64,000 nt of DNA from an uncultured Bacteroidales bacterium (GCA_900314925.1 OMXC01000005.1:34346-98345), one strand, 5' to 3'. Counted from the stretch's first letter, positions 22,274 to 32,398 are shown. The notes: a model not told the origin generated them from the sequence alone. Made by a program: numbers and translations.

Positions 22274-22588
22274 TCAGAGCTGTTCCTTGAGCTCGACGAG
22301 GAACGAGCGCAGCTCGCCGAGGTTCCTGACCACCTGCATCTTGGGGTCCTCCTCGGGGTGTGAGCGCAGCTGGTCGCGGGCACCCTCGAGGGTGTAGCCG
22401 CAGTCGCGTGTGAGGTAGTGTATGCGCTGCAGCAGCTCCACGTCGCGGCGCGTGTAGGAGCGCACGCCGCGGCGGTTCTTGACGGGGTGCAGCTGGTCGA
22501 ACTCCGTCTCCCAGAAGCGCAACACCGAGGGCGCCACACCGAGCATGCCCGCCACCTCGCCAATAGAATAATATAATTTGTCTTCCAT
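22274..22588 (-). CDS. MerR family transcriptional regulator
   Basis: 104 aa with the N-terminal HTH YSIGEVAGMLGVAPSVLRFWETEF. Confidence 0.85.
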   Translation of the reverse strand: MEDKLYYSIGEVAGMLGVAPSVLRFWETEFDQLHPVKNRRGVRSYTRRDVELLQRIHYLTRDCGYTLEGARDQLRSHPEEDPKMQVVRNLGELRSFLVELKEQL

Positions 22589-22740
22589 AAAATAATTATC
22601 TTAACTCAAAACTCAAAACTCATAACTCATAACACCGAGGGCGCCACGCCGAGCATGCCCGCCACCTCGCCTATAGAATAGTATAATTTGTCTTCCATAA
22701 AATAATTATCTTAACTCAAAACTCATAACTCATAACTCAT
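22521..22740. repeat. 110-bp tandem duplication (2 copies, 4 mismatches) covering the merR 5' end plus upstream DNA
   Basis: 22521-22630 and 22631-22740 align base for base with 106/110 identical. Both copies end in AACTCAT/AACTCAA heptamer runs. Confidence 0.95.
22627..22698 (-). pseudogene. Duplicated, truncated merR 5' fragment (23 codons, MEDKLYYSIGEVAGMLGVAPSVL*)
   Basis: The second copy of the duplication retains the ATG and the first 22 codons of merR, then runs into the heptamer array and stops at TGA. Confidence 0.8.
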
Positions 22741-22764
22741 AACTCATAACTCTTAACTCCTAAC

Positions 22765-25467
22765 TCAATAAGAATAGTACCCCTGGTTCTCGAGGTAGCT
22801 CTCGCGCTTCTCGTACTTCACGTCGCGCAGGGCGTCGGCCTTGATGTTGATCTGGAACGACCAGCTGCGGTAGTAGCCGAAGGGCACCCAGGAGAAGCGC
22901 ATCTCCCAGCAGTGCAGGTCGCGGTAGATGTCGACGGTGGTGTACGACATGCCGTGGTTGACGAAGTCGTAGCCCGTGGTCATGGCGAGCTTCCAGTTGG
23001 GTGTCAGGCTCACGTTGCCGCTGATGCTGATGCTCTGTATGGTCTCGTGCTTGAGGTTCATCTCGCGGGCCACATAGTTGCCCACATGGCTGAAGGAGTA
23101 GCTTACGCTGATGTTCCACGGCACCGAGAAGTCGACATAGCCGCCCATCATCACCGTGGGGCTGTAGTTGTAGGGTGTCTGCAGGAGCGAGTAGACGGGG
23201 TGTCCCTGGCCCTTCTCCCCGTCGCCCTTGAAGGTGTTGTTGTTGAGGTTAAAGGAGAGCTGTGCGCTCCAGGTGGAGTTCTGTGTGCGGAAGAGGCGCC
23301 GTTCGGCGGTCCAGAGGAACTGGTTGCGCAGGTTGCCGAAGGAGTCGACGACGTAGGGGCAGAAGGAGCCGCTGTAGTTGAGCACGAGGGAGCGGAAGAG
23401 CGTGGTGCGGCCGGTGACGGAGAGGTTGCTGAGGTTGAGGGAGTCCTTGGCAAGGTCGTAGTAGCCGCTGAAGGTGAGGTTCTCGAGGAGTGTGACCTTC
23501 TTGACCTCGGCGGCGGTGTCGAAGGGGTTCTGCACCTTGACTTCGAGGTTGTTGCCCAGCGCGAAGCGGAGCTGGCCGCTGCGGCCGTCGGGCGGGCCGC
23601 CGTAGAGGCTCTGCTGGAAGACGGAGTAGCGGTGCACGTAGCCCGTGTTGTCGGTATACTCCTTCCAGTAGCCGAGCTTGTCGCTGCCGAAGTCGGGGCG
23701 GTAGGTGAAGCTCAGCGAGGGGTTGATGACGTGGCGCAGAGCCTTCAGGGGGCCGTGCTTGAACTGGAACATGCCGTAGATGCGCGTGGAGAGCGACGAG
23801 GAGAAGCTGAAGTCGCGGTTGGCGCGGAAGCCGCGTATGGTGTCGGTGTGGAGGGTGTTGGTGGCGTTGTCGAAGGTGTGCTCTATGGTGCTCCAGTGCC
23901 AGCGCTCGTGGTAGGTGAGCGCGTTGGTCCAGTTGAAGAACTTGAGCACCTTGACGCTGCTGCTGACGGGTATGGTGTGCTGCACGCCGTACTGCATGCG
24001 GTCTAAGGTGGTCTGCCTGAAGAGGTCCGAGTCCTGCGCCGTGATGTTGTCCTCGGCGTTGAGGACGTAGGAGAGGGAGATGTTCTCATACCAGCGGTAG
24101 CCGCCCACGGGCTTCTTGCGCCGCAGGGGATAGATGGTCACCGACGAGAGGCTTACCGACGGCAGCTTGATGTTGATGACGCCGGTCTGCGCGTTGAACG
24201 ACTCGCGCGCCGTGGCGGCGAGGTTGAAGTAGGAGCCCAGCTTGGCGTTGTAGCTGATGCTGGAGGTGGTGGTGCTGTTGAAGTAGTCGCCGCGGTTGGT
24301 GGTGTTGCGGTTGTAGTTGCGGCTCTGCAGGTTGACGTTGGCCGAGAAGCGGCTGTAGGGGTTGGCCTTGGCGTCCTGGTCGTGGCGCCAGGTGAGCTTG
24401 AAGTCGTTGTAGGCGCTGAAGGTGTTGGGGTCGCCGCGGATGCCCGTGAAGGTGCGCCCGAAGCGGGCGTCGAAGAAGCCCTTGTAGCGGTAGCGCCGGT
24501 AGTAGTTGGACTGCACCTCGCCGGCCCACGAGAGGTTGGTGTAGACCTCGGCGAGGAGCGAGAGGTCGAGGTTGTCGTTGACGGCCCAGTAGTAGCCGCC
24601 GTCCTTGAGGTAGTAGCCGCGGTAGTTCATCCATCCGTAGGAGGGTATGAGGATGCCCGACGCGCGGTCGTGGGTGATGGGGAAGAAGGCGAAGGGCAGC
24701 GCTATGGGCGTCGGCGAGTCCTCGACGGTGAGCCACGCCGGACCGGTGACGATCTTGTCGCCGGTGATGAGCTTCGACTTGGTGAAGTTGATGGCGAAAT
24801 GGGGGTGCGCGTAGTTGCAGGTGGTGTAGCTGCCGCCGCTGAGGTACATCACCGAGTCGTTGAGCTTCTTCACCTTCTCGCCGTGCAGGTAGCCCTCGCC
24901 CTCCTGCGTGATAACGCTCTGGATGATACCCTTCTGCGAGTTGTAGTTGTAGGTTATCGTGTCGGCGTGGTACTCGTCATCGTCCTGCTTGAAGAAGGGG
25001 CGGCCTACGACCTCGCCGGCGGTGTCGGTGGTGCCGTAGGCGTGGAGGGTCTGCTTGCCGAAGTCCACCTCCACGCGGTCGGCCTCGAGCTTCATATCGC
25101 CGTAGTCTATCTTGCCCTCGCTGTAGAGGAAAGCGCGCCGCGACTGGAGGTCCATCGCCACCGAGTCGCGCGCCTTGTACTTCACCAGCTCGTCGACGGC
25201 GTTGGGCGAGATGCGCATCAGCGTGTCCACATCGGTCTGAGCCACAGCGTCATAGCTGCAGAGGCACATCATAACCATCACAAAGACAGCCTTTAAGGCG
25301 AGTCCCTTCGGCCCCCCTTCGGCCCCCCTTCGGCCTTCCTTCGGCCGCGACACGGCCAAGGGCCGACAAAATGCGATAGAAAGGCCATAGAAAAGGCGTA
25401 GCATCGCCGTAGCAGAGCCGAACGGCCGCAGAACGAGGCTGGTGATATGTCTTTTAGAGACCGGCAA
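22765..25467 (-). CDS. LPS-assembly protein LptD-like outer-membrane protein (OstA family); start uncertain
   Basis: 900-aa ORF. It has an OstA-like N-terminal domain (LYSEGKIDYGDMKLEADRVEVDF), a long beta-barrel-like region rich in aromatic/alternating residues, and ends ...NQGYYSY. The first ~55 codons cross a GC-rich repeat element, so the true start may be internal (around MVMMCLC). Confidence 0.6.
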   Translation of the reverse strand: MPVSKRHITSLVLRPFGSATAMLRLFYGLSIAFCRPLAVSRPKEGRRGAEGGPKGLALKAVFVMVMMCLCSYDAVAQTDVDTLMRISPNAVDELVKYKARDSVAMDLQSRRAFLYSEGKIDYGDMKLEADRVEVDFGKQTLHAYGTTDTAGEVVGRPFFKQDDDEYHADTITYNYNSQKGIIQSVITQEGEGYLHGEKVKKLNDSVMYLSGGSYTTCNYAHPHFAINFTKSKLITGDKIVTGPAWLTVEDSPTPIALPFAFFPITHDRASGILIPSYGWMNYRGYYLKDGGYYWAVNDNLDLSLLAEVYTNLSWAGEVQSNYYRRYRYKGFFDARFGRTFTGIRGDPNTFSAYNDFKLTWRHDQDAKANPYSRFSANVNLQSRNYNRNTTNRGDYFNSTTTSSISYNAKLGSYFNLAATARESFNAQTGVINIKLPSVSLSSVTIYPLRRKKPVGGYRWYENISLSYVLNAEDNITAQDSDLFRQTTLDRMQYGVQHTIPVSSSVKVLKFFNWTNALTYHERWHWSTIEHTFDNATNTLHTDTIRGFRANRDFSFSSSLSTRIYGMFQFKHGPLKALRHVINPSLSFTYRPDFGSDKLGYWKEYTDNTGYVHRYSVFQQSLYGGPPDGRSGQLRFALGNNLEVKVQNPFDTAAEVKKVTLLENLTFSGYYDLAKDSLNLSNLSVTGRTTLFRSLVLNYSGSFCPYVVDSFGNLRNQFLWTAERRLFRTQNSTWSAQLSFNLNNNTFKGDGEKGQGHPVYSLLQTPYNYSPTVMMGGYVDFSVPWNISVSYSFSHVGNYVAREMNLKHETIQSISISGNVSLTPNWKLAMTTGYDFVNHGMSYTTVDIYRDLHCWEMRFSWVPFGYYRSWSFQINIKADALRDVKYEKRESYLENQGYYSY
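25301..25347 (-). repeat. GC-rich palindromic repeat element, copy C (inverted relative to copy A)
   Basis: gagtcccttcggccccccttcggccccccttcggccttccttcgg shares ggccgaaggggggccgaagggactc with the element at 53296-53392 on the opposite strand. Confidence 0.75.
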
Positions 25468-25500
25468 AACAATTAATTTTCAACATTCAAAAAATGTTCG

Positions 25501-25528
25501 TATCTTTGCATTTTGGATTGCAAAGATA
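25501..25528. promoter_or_regulatory. Back-to-back -7 promoter boxes arranged as an inverted repeat
   Basis: TATCTTTGCA ttttggat TGCAAAGATA. One TAnnTTTG box faces the amidase gene (+) and the other faces the LptD-like gene (-). Confidence 0.6.
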
Positions 25529-25573
25529 AAACTATTTCTGCAAACTGAAAAACAAAAATATATTGTTGTGGAT

Positions 25574-27471
25574 ATGAAACGTTTATTAGTCATATTTCTC
25601 GTAATGGGCCTTGTGGGCGGCAGTGCTTTTTCGCAAAAAAAGGAGGCCTACCGGGTGCGCACGGTGGTGATCGACCCGGGTCACGGCGGCGCCAAACCCG
25701 GAGCCCAGGGCAGCCGCTCGTGGGAGAAAAACATCACGCTCTCCGTGGCCAAGAAGTTCGGCAAGCTGATACAGGACAACTACCCCGACGTGAAGGTCAT
25801 CTTCACCCGCACCACCGACGTCGACATCTCGCTCGCCGAGCGCGCCCGCATCGCCAACCGCAACAAGGCCGACCTCTTCATCAGCATACACGCCAACTCG
25901 CACCCCACCAGCACGCCCACCGGCGTGGAGACCTTCGTCATGGGCCTCTCCGAGAGTCGCGCCAACCTCGAGGTGGCCAAGAAGGAGAACGCCGACATAC
26001 TGCTCGAGGCCGACTACAAGACCAACAAGGACTACGCCGGCTTCGACCCCAACTCCGAAGAGAGCTACATCATCTTCACCCTCACACAGAACGCCTACAT
26101 GGAGAAGAGCCTCAACTTCGCGCAGGCCATTCAGACACAGTACAAGAACAACCTCCGCACCATCAACCGCGGCGTGAAGCAGGCCGAGCTCTTCGTGCTC
26201 TACAAGACCGCCATGCCGTCGGTGCTCACCGAGATAGGCTTCATCAGCAACCCCGGCGAGGAGTCCTTTATGCTCAGCGACGAAGGGCAGGCCAAGATAG
26301 CCCTGAGCCTCTTCAACGCCTTCATGAACTTCAAGGCCGCCGAGGAAGGCAGCAACCGCATCGCCAACCCCGTGATAAACATCAAGGGCTACACCCCGCC
26401 GGCCACCGCCAAGAAACCGGCCGCCGAGGCGCAGCATGTGGCACAGGCACAGCCCAAAGACGAGCCCAAAGCGGAGGTAAAACCCGAGCCCAAGGCGGAG
26501 CCGAAGCCTGAACCCAAGGCAGAACCCACGCCGGAGCCCGCGCCGGAGCCCAAGGCCGCTCCCGCCACGGAGCCCAAGCCCGAACCAAAGGCCGCGCCGA
26601 AGCCCGAAGAGACGCCCGCCGTGGCCCCCAAGACACCGCAGGAGAAACCCCTGCCGCCCACGGCGCTGCCCCAGCAGACGGTGGTGAAAACCGAGCCCGC
26701 AGCCGCTCCGCAGCCCGCACCGCAGCCCGCTCCGCAGCAAGCCCACAAAGAGGAGCCGAAAGCGGAAGCCGCACCCGCACAGCAGGCGGCGCCAGCCGCC
26801 GCGCCAGCGCCGGCGGAGAAAGAGACCCTGCAAGACCCGCAGAACACCGCAGCGGACGACGCCACGACATACTACACCGTGCAGTTCCTCACCGCCCCCA
26901 ATGAATATGCAGCAGGCGCCGCGGAGCTGAACGGCGTGCGCGACTTCAAAATCACCAAGCAGGGCAAGCGCTACGCCTACAACACGGGCCGCTTCAACAC
27001 CCTCGACGAGGCCAGGGCCTACTGCAAACACCTGAAGAGCACCACGCCGTTCAAAGACGCCTGGGCCCACATCTTTCAGGAACCCGGCGCCAAGCCCGCA
27101 GCGGCGCAGGCCGAAGCCCAGAAGCCCGCCAAGGCCGCCGAGCAGCAACCCAAGGCCACGGAGCCGCAGTACAAGGCCATGGCTCCGATGAAAGGGCTCA
27201 CCTACCGCGTGCAGTTCTGCACCACGAAAAAGCAGATGAAGGCCGGCGACCCCGACCTGCAGGGCATCAAGGACGTGCGCTCGGCACAGTCGGGACAATA
27301 CTTCATACACACCACAGGCAACTACGCCTCGCCCGACGAGGCCGAGAAGCGCTGCAACACCATCAAGCGCACCACCGGATTCAAGGACGCCTTCGTGATA
27401 GCCATCTACAACGGCGAACGCATAAGCTTGGAGCAGGCCATAGCCCTGCAACAAAAGAACACAAAAAGAAA

Positions 27472-27475
<4 letters not shown>
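25574..27475 (+). CDS. N-acetylmuramoyl-L-alanine amidase (Amidase_3) with Pro/Ala/Lys/Glu-rich linker and two C-terminal SPOR-like domains
   Basis: I place the start at MKRLLVIF (signal peptide). The amidase core contains VVIDPGHGG and SIHAN. The low-complexity region is PKAEPKPEPKAEP... Two repeats resemble SPOR domains (YYTVQF... and YRVQF...). Confidence 0.85.
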
Positions 27476-28164
<689 letters not shown>

Positions 28165-28169
28165 GAGAT

Positions 28170-28991
28170 ATGACACGCAAAGAGTTAATAGACCTCATCC
28201 GCGAGCGCCGCTCGTTCCTCTGCGTCGGCCTCGACACCGACCCCGCCAAGATGCCCGAGCACCTGCGCAACGAGAAGGACGGCATCTTCCTGTTCAACCG
28301 CGCCATCATAGACGCCACGATAGACCACTGCGTGGCCTACAAGCCCAACCTGGCCTTCTACGAAGCCCTCGGCATCGAAGGGCTGCGGCAGCTGAAGCTC
28401 ACCATGGACTACATCCACGGCATGGGCAAGGCCGTCTTCACCATCGCCGACGCCAAACGCGGCGACATAGGCAACACCAGCGAACGCTACGCCAAGGCGT
28501 TCCTCGACCCCAAGGGGGACTTCAACTTCGACGCCATCACCGTGGCCCCCTACATGGGTGCCGACTCGGTACAGCCCTTCACCGTCTACGACGGCAAGTG
28601 GGTCATACTGCTGGCGCTGACCTCCAACAAAGGGGCCTTCGACTTCCAGCTGACCGAGGACAAAGATGGCACGCCGCTCTACCAGCGCGTGCTGGAGACC
28701 TCGAAGCAGTGGGGCAGCGAGGAGAACATGATGTATGTGGTAGGCGCCACCAAAGCCGAGATGCTTACTGACGTGCGCCGCATAGTGCCCGGCAGCTTCC
28801 TGCTGGTGCCCGGCGTGGGCGCCCAGGGCGGCAGCCTCGAAGAGGTGTGCAAGTACGGCCTCACCAAGGACTGCGGTCTGCTGGTCAACTCGTCGCGCGG
28901 CATCATCTATGCCTCTAACGGAACCGACTTCGCCGAGGCCGCCGCACGCGAGGCAAAGAAGCTGCAACAACAAATGGCTGCAGTGCTATGA
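28170..28991 (+). CDS. pyrF: Orotidine 5'-phosphate decarboxylase (type 2)
   Basis: I place the start at [10 protein letters not shown]. The sequence has LCVGLDTD and [10 protein letters not shown] motifs. The longer ORF start at 28056 overlaps the ABC gene and was rejected. Confidence 0.88.
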   Translation: MTRKELIDLIRERRSFLCVGLDTDPAKMPEHLRNEKDGIFLFNRAIIDATIDHCVAYKPNLAFYEALGIEGLRQLKLTMDYIHGMGKAVFTIADAKRGDIGNTSERYAKAFLDPKGDFNFDAITVAPYMGADSVQPFTVYDGKWVILLALTSNKGAFDFQLTEDKDGTPLYQRVLETSKQWGSEENMMYVVGATKAEMLTDVRRIVPGSFLLVPGVGAQGGSLEEVCKYGLTKDCGLLVNSSRGIIYASNGTDFAEAAAREAKKLQQQMAAVL

Positions 28992-29458
28992 ACAACAACC
29001 GCGTGCTGCTGCACATACTGCTGGTGATCACCTTCCTGTCGGCAGGCCTGTCGGCCATGGTGTACATGACCATGGGGGTCATGCTGCCCACGGTGCAGAG
29101 CTACTATGCCGCCAACCCGGAGGTGCTGCCGGAGCAGTTCACCACCTACATGGAACGCATGATGGAAGTGCCACAGACCTACTATATAGGCTGCGGCATC
29201 CTCTATGCTGTCGAGGTGCTGGGCGCTGCGCTGATGTGGAACATACGCCCCACAGGCTTCCACTGCTACACCCTGGCGCGCCTGCTGCTGATAATCATGC
29301 CACTGCTCTTCCTCGGACGCGGCTTTGTGGGCATCGGCGACATCATGTTCGCCCTGCTCTTCATCTTCATCTACTGGACGCTGATGCGCCAGCTGGGAGC
29401 CTTCGGCAAGAAAGACGGGGAAGACACCGCAGCCACTGACAACACCGCAGAAGAGTGA
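28988..29458 (+). CDS. Hypothetical membrane protein
   Basis: 156 aa with about four hydrophobic helices. Overlaps its neighbours by 4 nt on both sides. Confidence 0.55.
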   Translation: MNNNRVLLHILLVITFLSAGLSAMVYMTMGVMLPTVQSYYAANPEVLPEQFTTYMERMMEVPQTYYIGCGILYAVEVLGAALMWNIRPTGFHCYTLARLLLIIMPLLFLGRGFVGIGDIMFALLFIFIYWTLMRQLGAFGKKDGEDTAATDNTAEE

Positions 29459-30429
29459 ACGCACCGTTCCTGCCGCAGAAAGACTGCATCGTCGGCCTCT
29501 CGCCCATGGACGACATCACCGACATGCCTTTCCGCCAGCTCTGCAAGGAGATGGGGGCCGACCTGCTGATTACCGAGTTCATAGCCAGCGAAGCCCTCAA
29601 CCGCGACGCCGAGAAGAGCCTGCGCAAGATGCGCTTCACGGCAGGACAGCGCCCCATAGGCATACAGATATTCGGCGCCAACGAGGAGGAGCTGCTGCGC
29701 TGCCTCGACGTGGTGGAGCAGGCCGAGCCCGACTTCATCGACATCAACTGGGGCTGTCCGGTGCGCAAGGTGGCCGGCAAAGGGGCCGGCTCAGGCATAC
29801 TGCAGGATATACCACGGATGCTCGCCATCACGGCAGCCATGGTGAAGCGCAGCCGTCTGCCGGTGACGGTGAAGACACGCTTGGGCTACAGTCATGATTC
29901 CATGATGATTACAGACTTCTGCGAAGCCCTGCAGGACACCGGCATAGCAGCCCTCAGCATCCACGGACGCACCAAAGTGCAGATGTACAGCGGCGTGGCC
30001 GACTGGACGATGATAGGGGCCGTGAAGAACAACCCCCGCATGCACATACCCATCTTCGGCAACGGCGACATCACCACTGCAGCACAAGCCGTTGAGAACA
30101 AGCAGCGTTATGGCGTCGACGGCATCCTCATTGGGCGTGCCGCCATCGGCAACCCCTGGATCTTCGAGCAGTGCCAGAGAGCCTTTGCCGGACTGCCCGA
30201 GCGGGAGATAACAGTGGCGGAACGCGTGGCCGTGTGCCGGCGCCACCTGCAGGCAGCCATTGACTTCAAGGGTGAGCGCACCGCCATCTTCGAGATGCGC
30301 AAGCACTATGGCAACTATTTCAAGGGATTGCATAACTTCAAACCCTACCGGCTGGCTCTTGTGGCCACCCCCACGGCCGAGGCCACCTTTGCCACCCTCG
30401 ACAGGATAGAAGAAAATTACCGCGATTGA
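29455..30429 (+). CDS. tRNA-dihydrouridine synthase
   Basis: 324 aa with Dus family features (LSPMDDITD, IDINWGCP, HGRT). Confidence 0.9.
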   Translation: MNAPFLPQKDCIVGLSPMDDITDMPFRQLCKEMGADLLITEFIASEALNRDAEKSLRKMRFTAGQRPIGIQIFGANEEELLRCLDVVEQAEPDFIDINWGCPVRKVAGKGAGSGILQDIPRMLAITAAMVKRSRLPVTVKTRLGYSHDSMMITDFCEALQDTGIAALSIHGRTKVQMYSGVADWTMIGAVKNNPRMHIPIFGNGDITTAAQAVENKQRYGVDGILIGRAAIGNPWIFEQCQRAFAGLPEREITVAERVAVCRRHLQAAIDFKGERTAIFEMRKHYGNYFKGLHNFKPYRLALVATPTAEATFATLDRIEENYRD

Positions 30430-30585
30430 CGGCCTCTTCCCCCGATTTCCACGCAACAGTTGCGTCTCGGAAACGTTAAAAAAGTGTTAATGTCCCAAGG
30501 ACAAACAGCGATTTTGGCGCAAAGGTTACCTGATGGTAACTGACTTCCGCCAGGGTGCCTTCTTGCCGGAACGGAGGAATGGTTG

Positions 30586-30593
30586 TACTTTTG
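30586..30593 (+). promoter_or_regulatory. -7 promoter box (TACTTTTG) upstream of the cupin gene
   Basis: gttgTACTTTTGcagcc lies 70 nt upstream of the ATG at 30663. Confidence 0.55.
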
Positions 30594-30614
30594 CAGCCGA
30601 AATCGAAATCAATA

Positions 30615-30662
30615 CATCAACGTATCAACATATCAACGTATCAACATATAAACATTAACACA
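30615..30662 (+). repeat. 8-bp tandem array (TATCAACN x6) filling the cupin gene leader
   Basis: catcaacg tatcaaca tatcaacg tatcaaca tataaaca ttaacaca, followed directly by ATG. Confidence 0.9.
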
Positions 30663-31115
30663 ATGAGAACAATCGAAACAATCAAGAGTGGCCGCAACTA
30701 CAAGGCCGTCAGCGTCGGAAACATCAACCAGATTATCGAGCACGAGCTGCCGATGGGCCCCAACGTCATCAAGGGCAAGGTCTTCGTGGGCCAGGCCGTG
30801 GGCGCCACGGGCAGCGAGCTGTCGTTCCAGACACTCGTCCCCGGCCAGGACAGCGGCTTCCTCCACACCCACAAGACGCACGAGGAGCTGTACATCATCC
30901 TGCGTGGCGAAGGCACCTACCAGGTGGACGGCGAGCAGTTCCCCGTCAGCGAAGGCACCATCGTCCGCGTCAGCCCCGACGGCCGCCGCGCCCTGAAGAA
31001 CACCGGCCGCGAGAACCTGACGATGCTCTGCATCCAGTACCGCGCCAACAACTTCACCGAGGCCGACAGCCCCATGACCGACGGCAATATCCTCGCCGAC
31101 CCGCTGGTATGGTAA
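30663..31115 (+). CDS. Cupin domain protein
   Basis: I place the start at MRTIETIK. The cupin-like motifs are GFLHTHKTHEELYIILRGEG and VRVSPDGRRALKN. Confidence 0.75.
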   Translation: MRTIETIKSGRNYKAVSVGNINQIIEHELPMGPNVIKGKVFVGQAVGATGSELSFQTLVPGQDSGFLHTHKTHEELYIILRGEGTYQVDGEQFPVSEGTIVRVSPDGRRALKNTGRENLTMLCIQYRANNFTEADSPMTDGNILADPLVW

Positions 31116-31138
31116 TCAGCCCGCAACATCATGTCGAG

Positions 31139-31173
31139 ACAGGCAGGTCGTAGAATTGCGCCTGCCTGTTTTC
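31139..31173 (+). terminator. Rho-independent terminator after the cupin gene
   Basis: ACAGGCAGG-13 nt loop-CCTGCCTGT followed by TTTC. Confidence 0.65.
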
Positions 31174-31184
31174 AAAAAAAGTCG

Positions 31185-31192
31185 TATCTTTG
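31185..31192 (+). promoter_or_regulatory. -7 promoter box (TATCTTTG) upstream of hxlR-family gene
   Basis: gtcgTATCTTTGcatcg lies 37 nt upstream of the ATG at 31229. Confidence 0.6.
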
Positions 31193-31200
31193 CATCGTCA

Positions 31201-31224
31201 TATCAACTTATCAACCTATCAACA
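31201..31224 (+). repeat. 8-bp tandem array (TATCAACN x3) in the hxlR-family gene leader
   Basis: tatcaact tatcaacc tatcaaca. Confidence 0.9.
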
Positions 31225-31228
31225 ACTG

Positions 31229-31603
31229 ATGTCCAAAGATTTCATACAAGACCCCGTCTTTCCGGAGTGTCCCATCCGCAACGTGCTGGTGCGCCTCAGC
31301 AGCAAATGGGCGCTGGCCGTAATCTACACCCTCAGCGGCGGTGACACTCCTATGCGTTTCCGCGACCTGGCGGAGAAGAACCCCGACTGTTCGCAGAAGA
31401 TGCTCACCAGCACCCTGCGGGGGTTGGAGGCCGACGGACTCGTCAGCCGCAAGGTCTACCCCGAGGTGCCGCCGCGCGTGGAGTACGCCCTCACCGACCG
31501 CGGCCGCAGCTTCATGCCCGTCATGCAGCAGCTCATGGACTGGGCCTACAACAACCTGCACGATATCGTGACCGACCGCGAAAGATACTATGGACAGGAT
31601 TGA
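31229..31603 (+). CDS. HxlR family transcriptional regulator
   Basis: I place the start at MSKDFIQDP. CPIRNVLVRLSSKWALAVIYTL...RFRDL...LTSTLRGLEADGLVSRKVYPEVPPRVEYALT is the characteristic HxlR wHTH. Confidence 0.88.
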   Translation: MSKDFIQDPVFPECPIRNVLVRLSSKWALAVIYTLSGGDTPMRFRDLAEKNPDCSQKMLTSTLRGLEADGLVSRKVYPEVPPRVEYALTDRGRSFMPVMQQLMDWAYNNLHDIVTDRERYYGQD

Positions 31604-31868
31604 AAACATCGACTTCTGCATCCGCTACCTGCTGGAAATTGAAAAATCAAAATTGAAAATTGAAACAGGTATACCCAGCAAGTACAGCAAATAAACAAAG
31701 ATAACTTTCTGTTGTCACGCAGGTTGTTGCGTCAGCAGATAATTTATAAGATTTATAGATTTCTGCCCGCAGGGCAAGGCGTTTTGAAGCAGCCCATTGT
31801 AGTATTCCCTCCGAAAGCGGAATAATCTACCAGATTTACAAGATCTCGCAATACACGCAGTGCGAGCA

Positions 31869-32360
31869 TTATAAGATTTTCAGCGCTATCGCCGCGCAGG
31901 CCTCGGCGTCGGCCAGAGCGTGGTGGTGGTTCTCCAGACAGTAGCCGCAGGCTTCGCTGACGGTGTGCAGCTGGTGGTTGGGCAGGCCTTTGAGCTTGCG
32001 GCGCGAGGCCCGCAGGGTGTCGTAGAAGACATACCCCGGCCAGTCCATTCGGTACACCTGCATCACCGCCCGCAGGCAGCCCTCGTCGAACATGGCGTTG
32101 TGGGCCACCAGCGGCAGCCCCTCTATGAGCGGTTCTATCTTGTGCCACACCGTCGGGAACACCTCGGCGCCGTCGGTGTCATCGTGGCAGAGCCCGTGCA
32201 CCCGCTGGCAGAACCAGGCGTAGTAGTTCGGCTCCGGCTGAATGAGGCTGTAGAACGTATCCACCACCTCGCCCCCGCGCACCACGACCACCCCCACGCT
32301 GCACACACTGGAGCGCTCCCCGTTGGCCGTCTCAAAGTCTATCGCCGCAAAGTCCTGCAT
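31869..32360 (-). CDS. DnaQ-like DEDDh 3'-5' exonuclease (DNA pol III epsilon family)
   Basis: Exo I is AAIDFET, Exo II is HNAMFDEGCL and Exo III is HHALADAEA. I place the start at MQDFAAIDFE. The tracked ORF start at 32393 is a TTG lying inside the -7 promoter box. Confidence 0.85.
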   Translation of the reverse strand: MQDFAAIDFETANGERSSVCSVGVVVVRGGEVVDTFYSLIQPEPNYYAWFCQRVHGLCHDDTDGAEVFPTVWHKIEPLIEGLPLVAHNAMFDEGCLRAVMQVYRMDWPGYVFYDTLRASRRKLKGLPNHQLHTVSEACGYCLENHHHALADAEACAAIALKIL

Positions 32361-32390
32361 ACTACCTTTATTCTTGTCTGCTTTTCCTTG

Positions 32391-32398
32391 CAAAGATA
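32391..32398 (-). promoter_or_regulatory. -7 promoter box (TATCTTTG) of the exonuclease gene
   Basis: The minus strand reads gttcgTATCTTTGcaagg about 30 nt upstream of the ATG at 32360. Confidence 0.6.

Noticed and set aside
22912-25296. 364-aa and 304-aa plus-strand ORFs, plus several Arg/Pro/His-rich minus-frame ORFs, inside the LptD-like gene.
   Set aside because: Their composition-driven sequences (runs of V/A/G/E or R/P/Q/H) are nested in a gene that has a coherent OstA/beta-barrel sequence.
25586-27454. 622-aa minus-strand ORF opposite the amidase-SPOR gene, plus other frames through the Pro/Ala-rich linker.
   Set aside because: The amidase frame carries clear catalytic and SPOR motifs and a signal peptide. 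The antisense frame is G/L/R/V low complexity.
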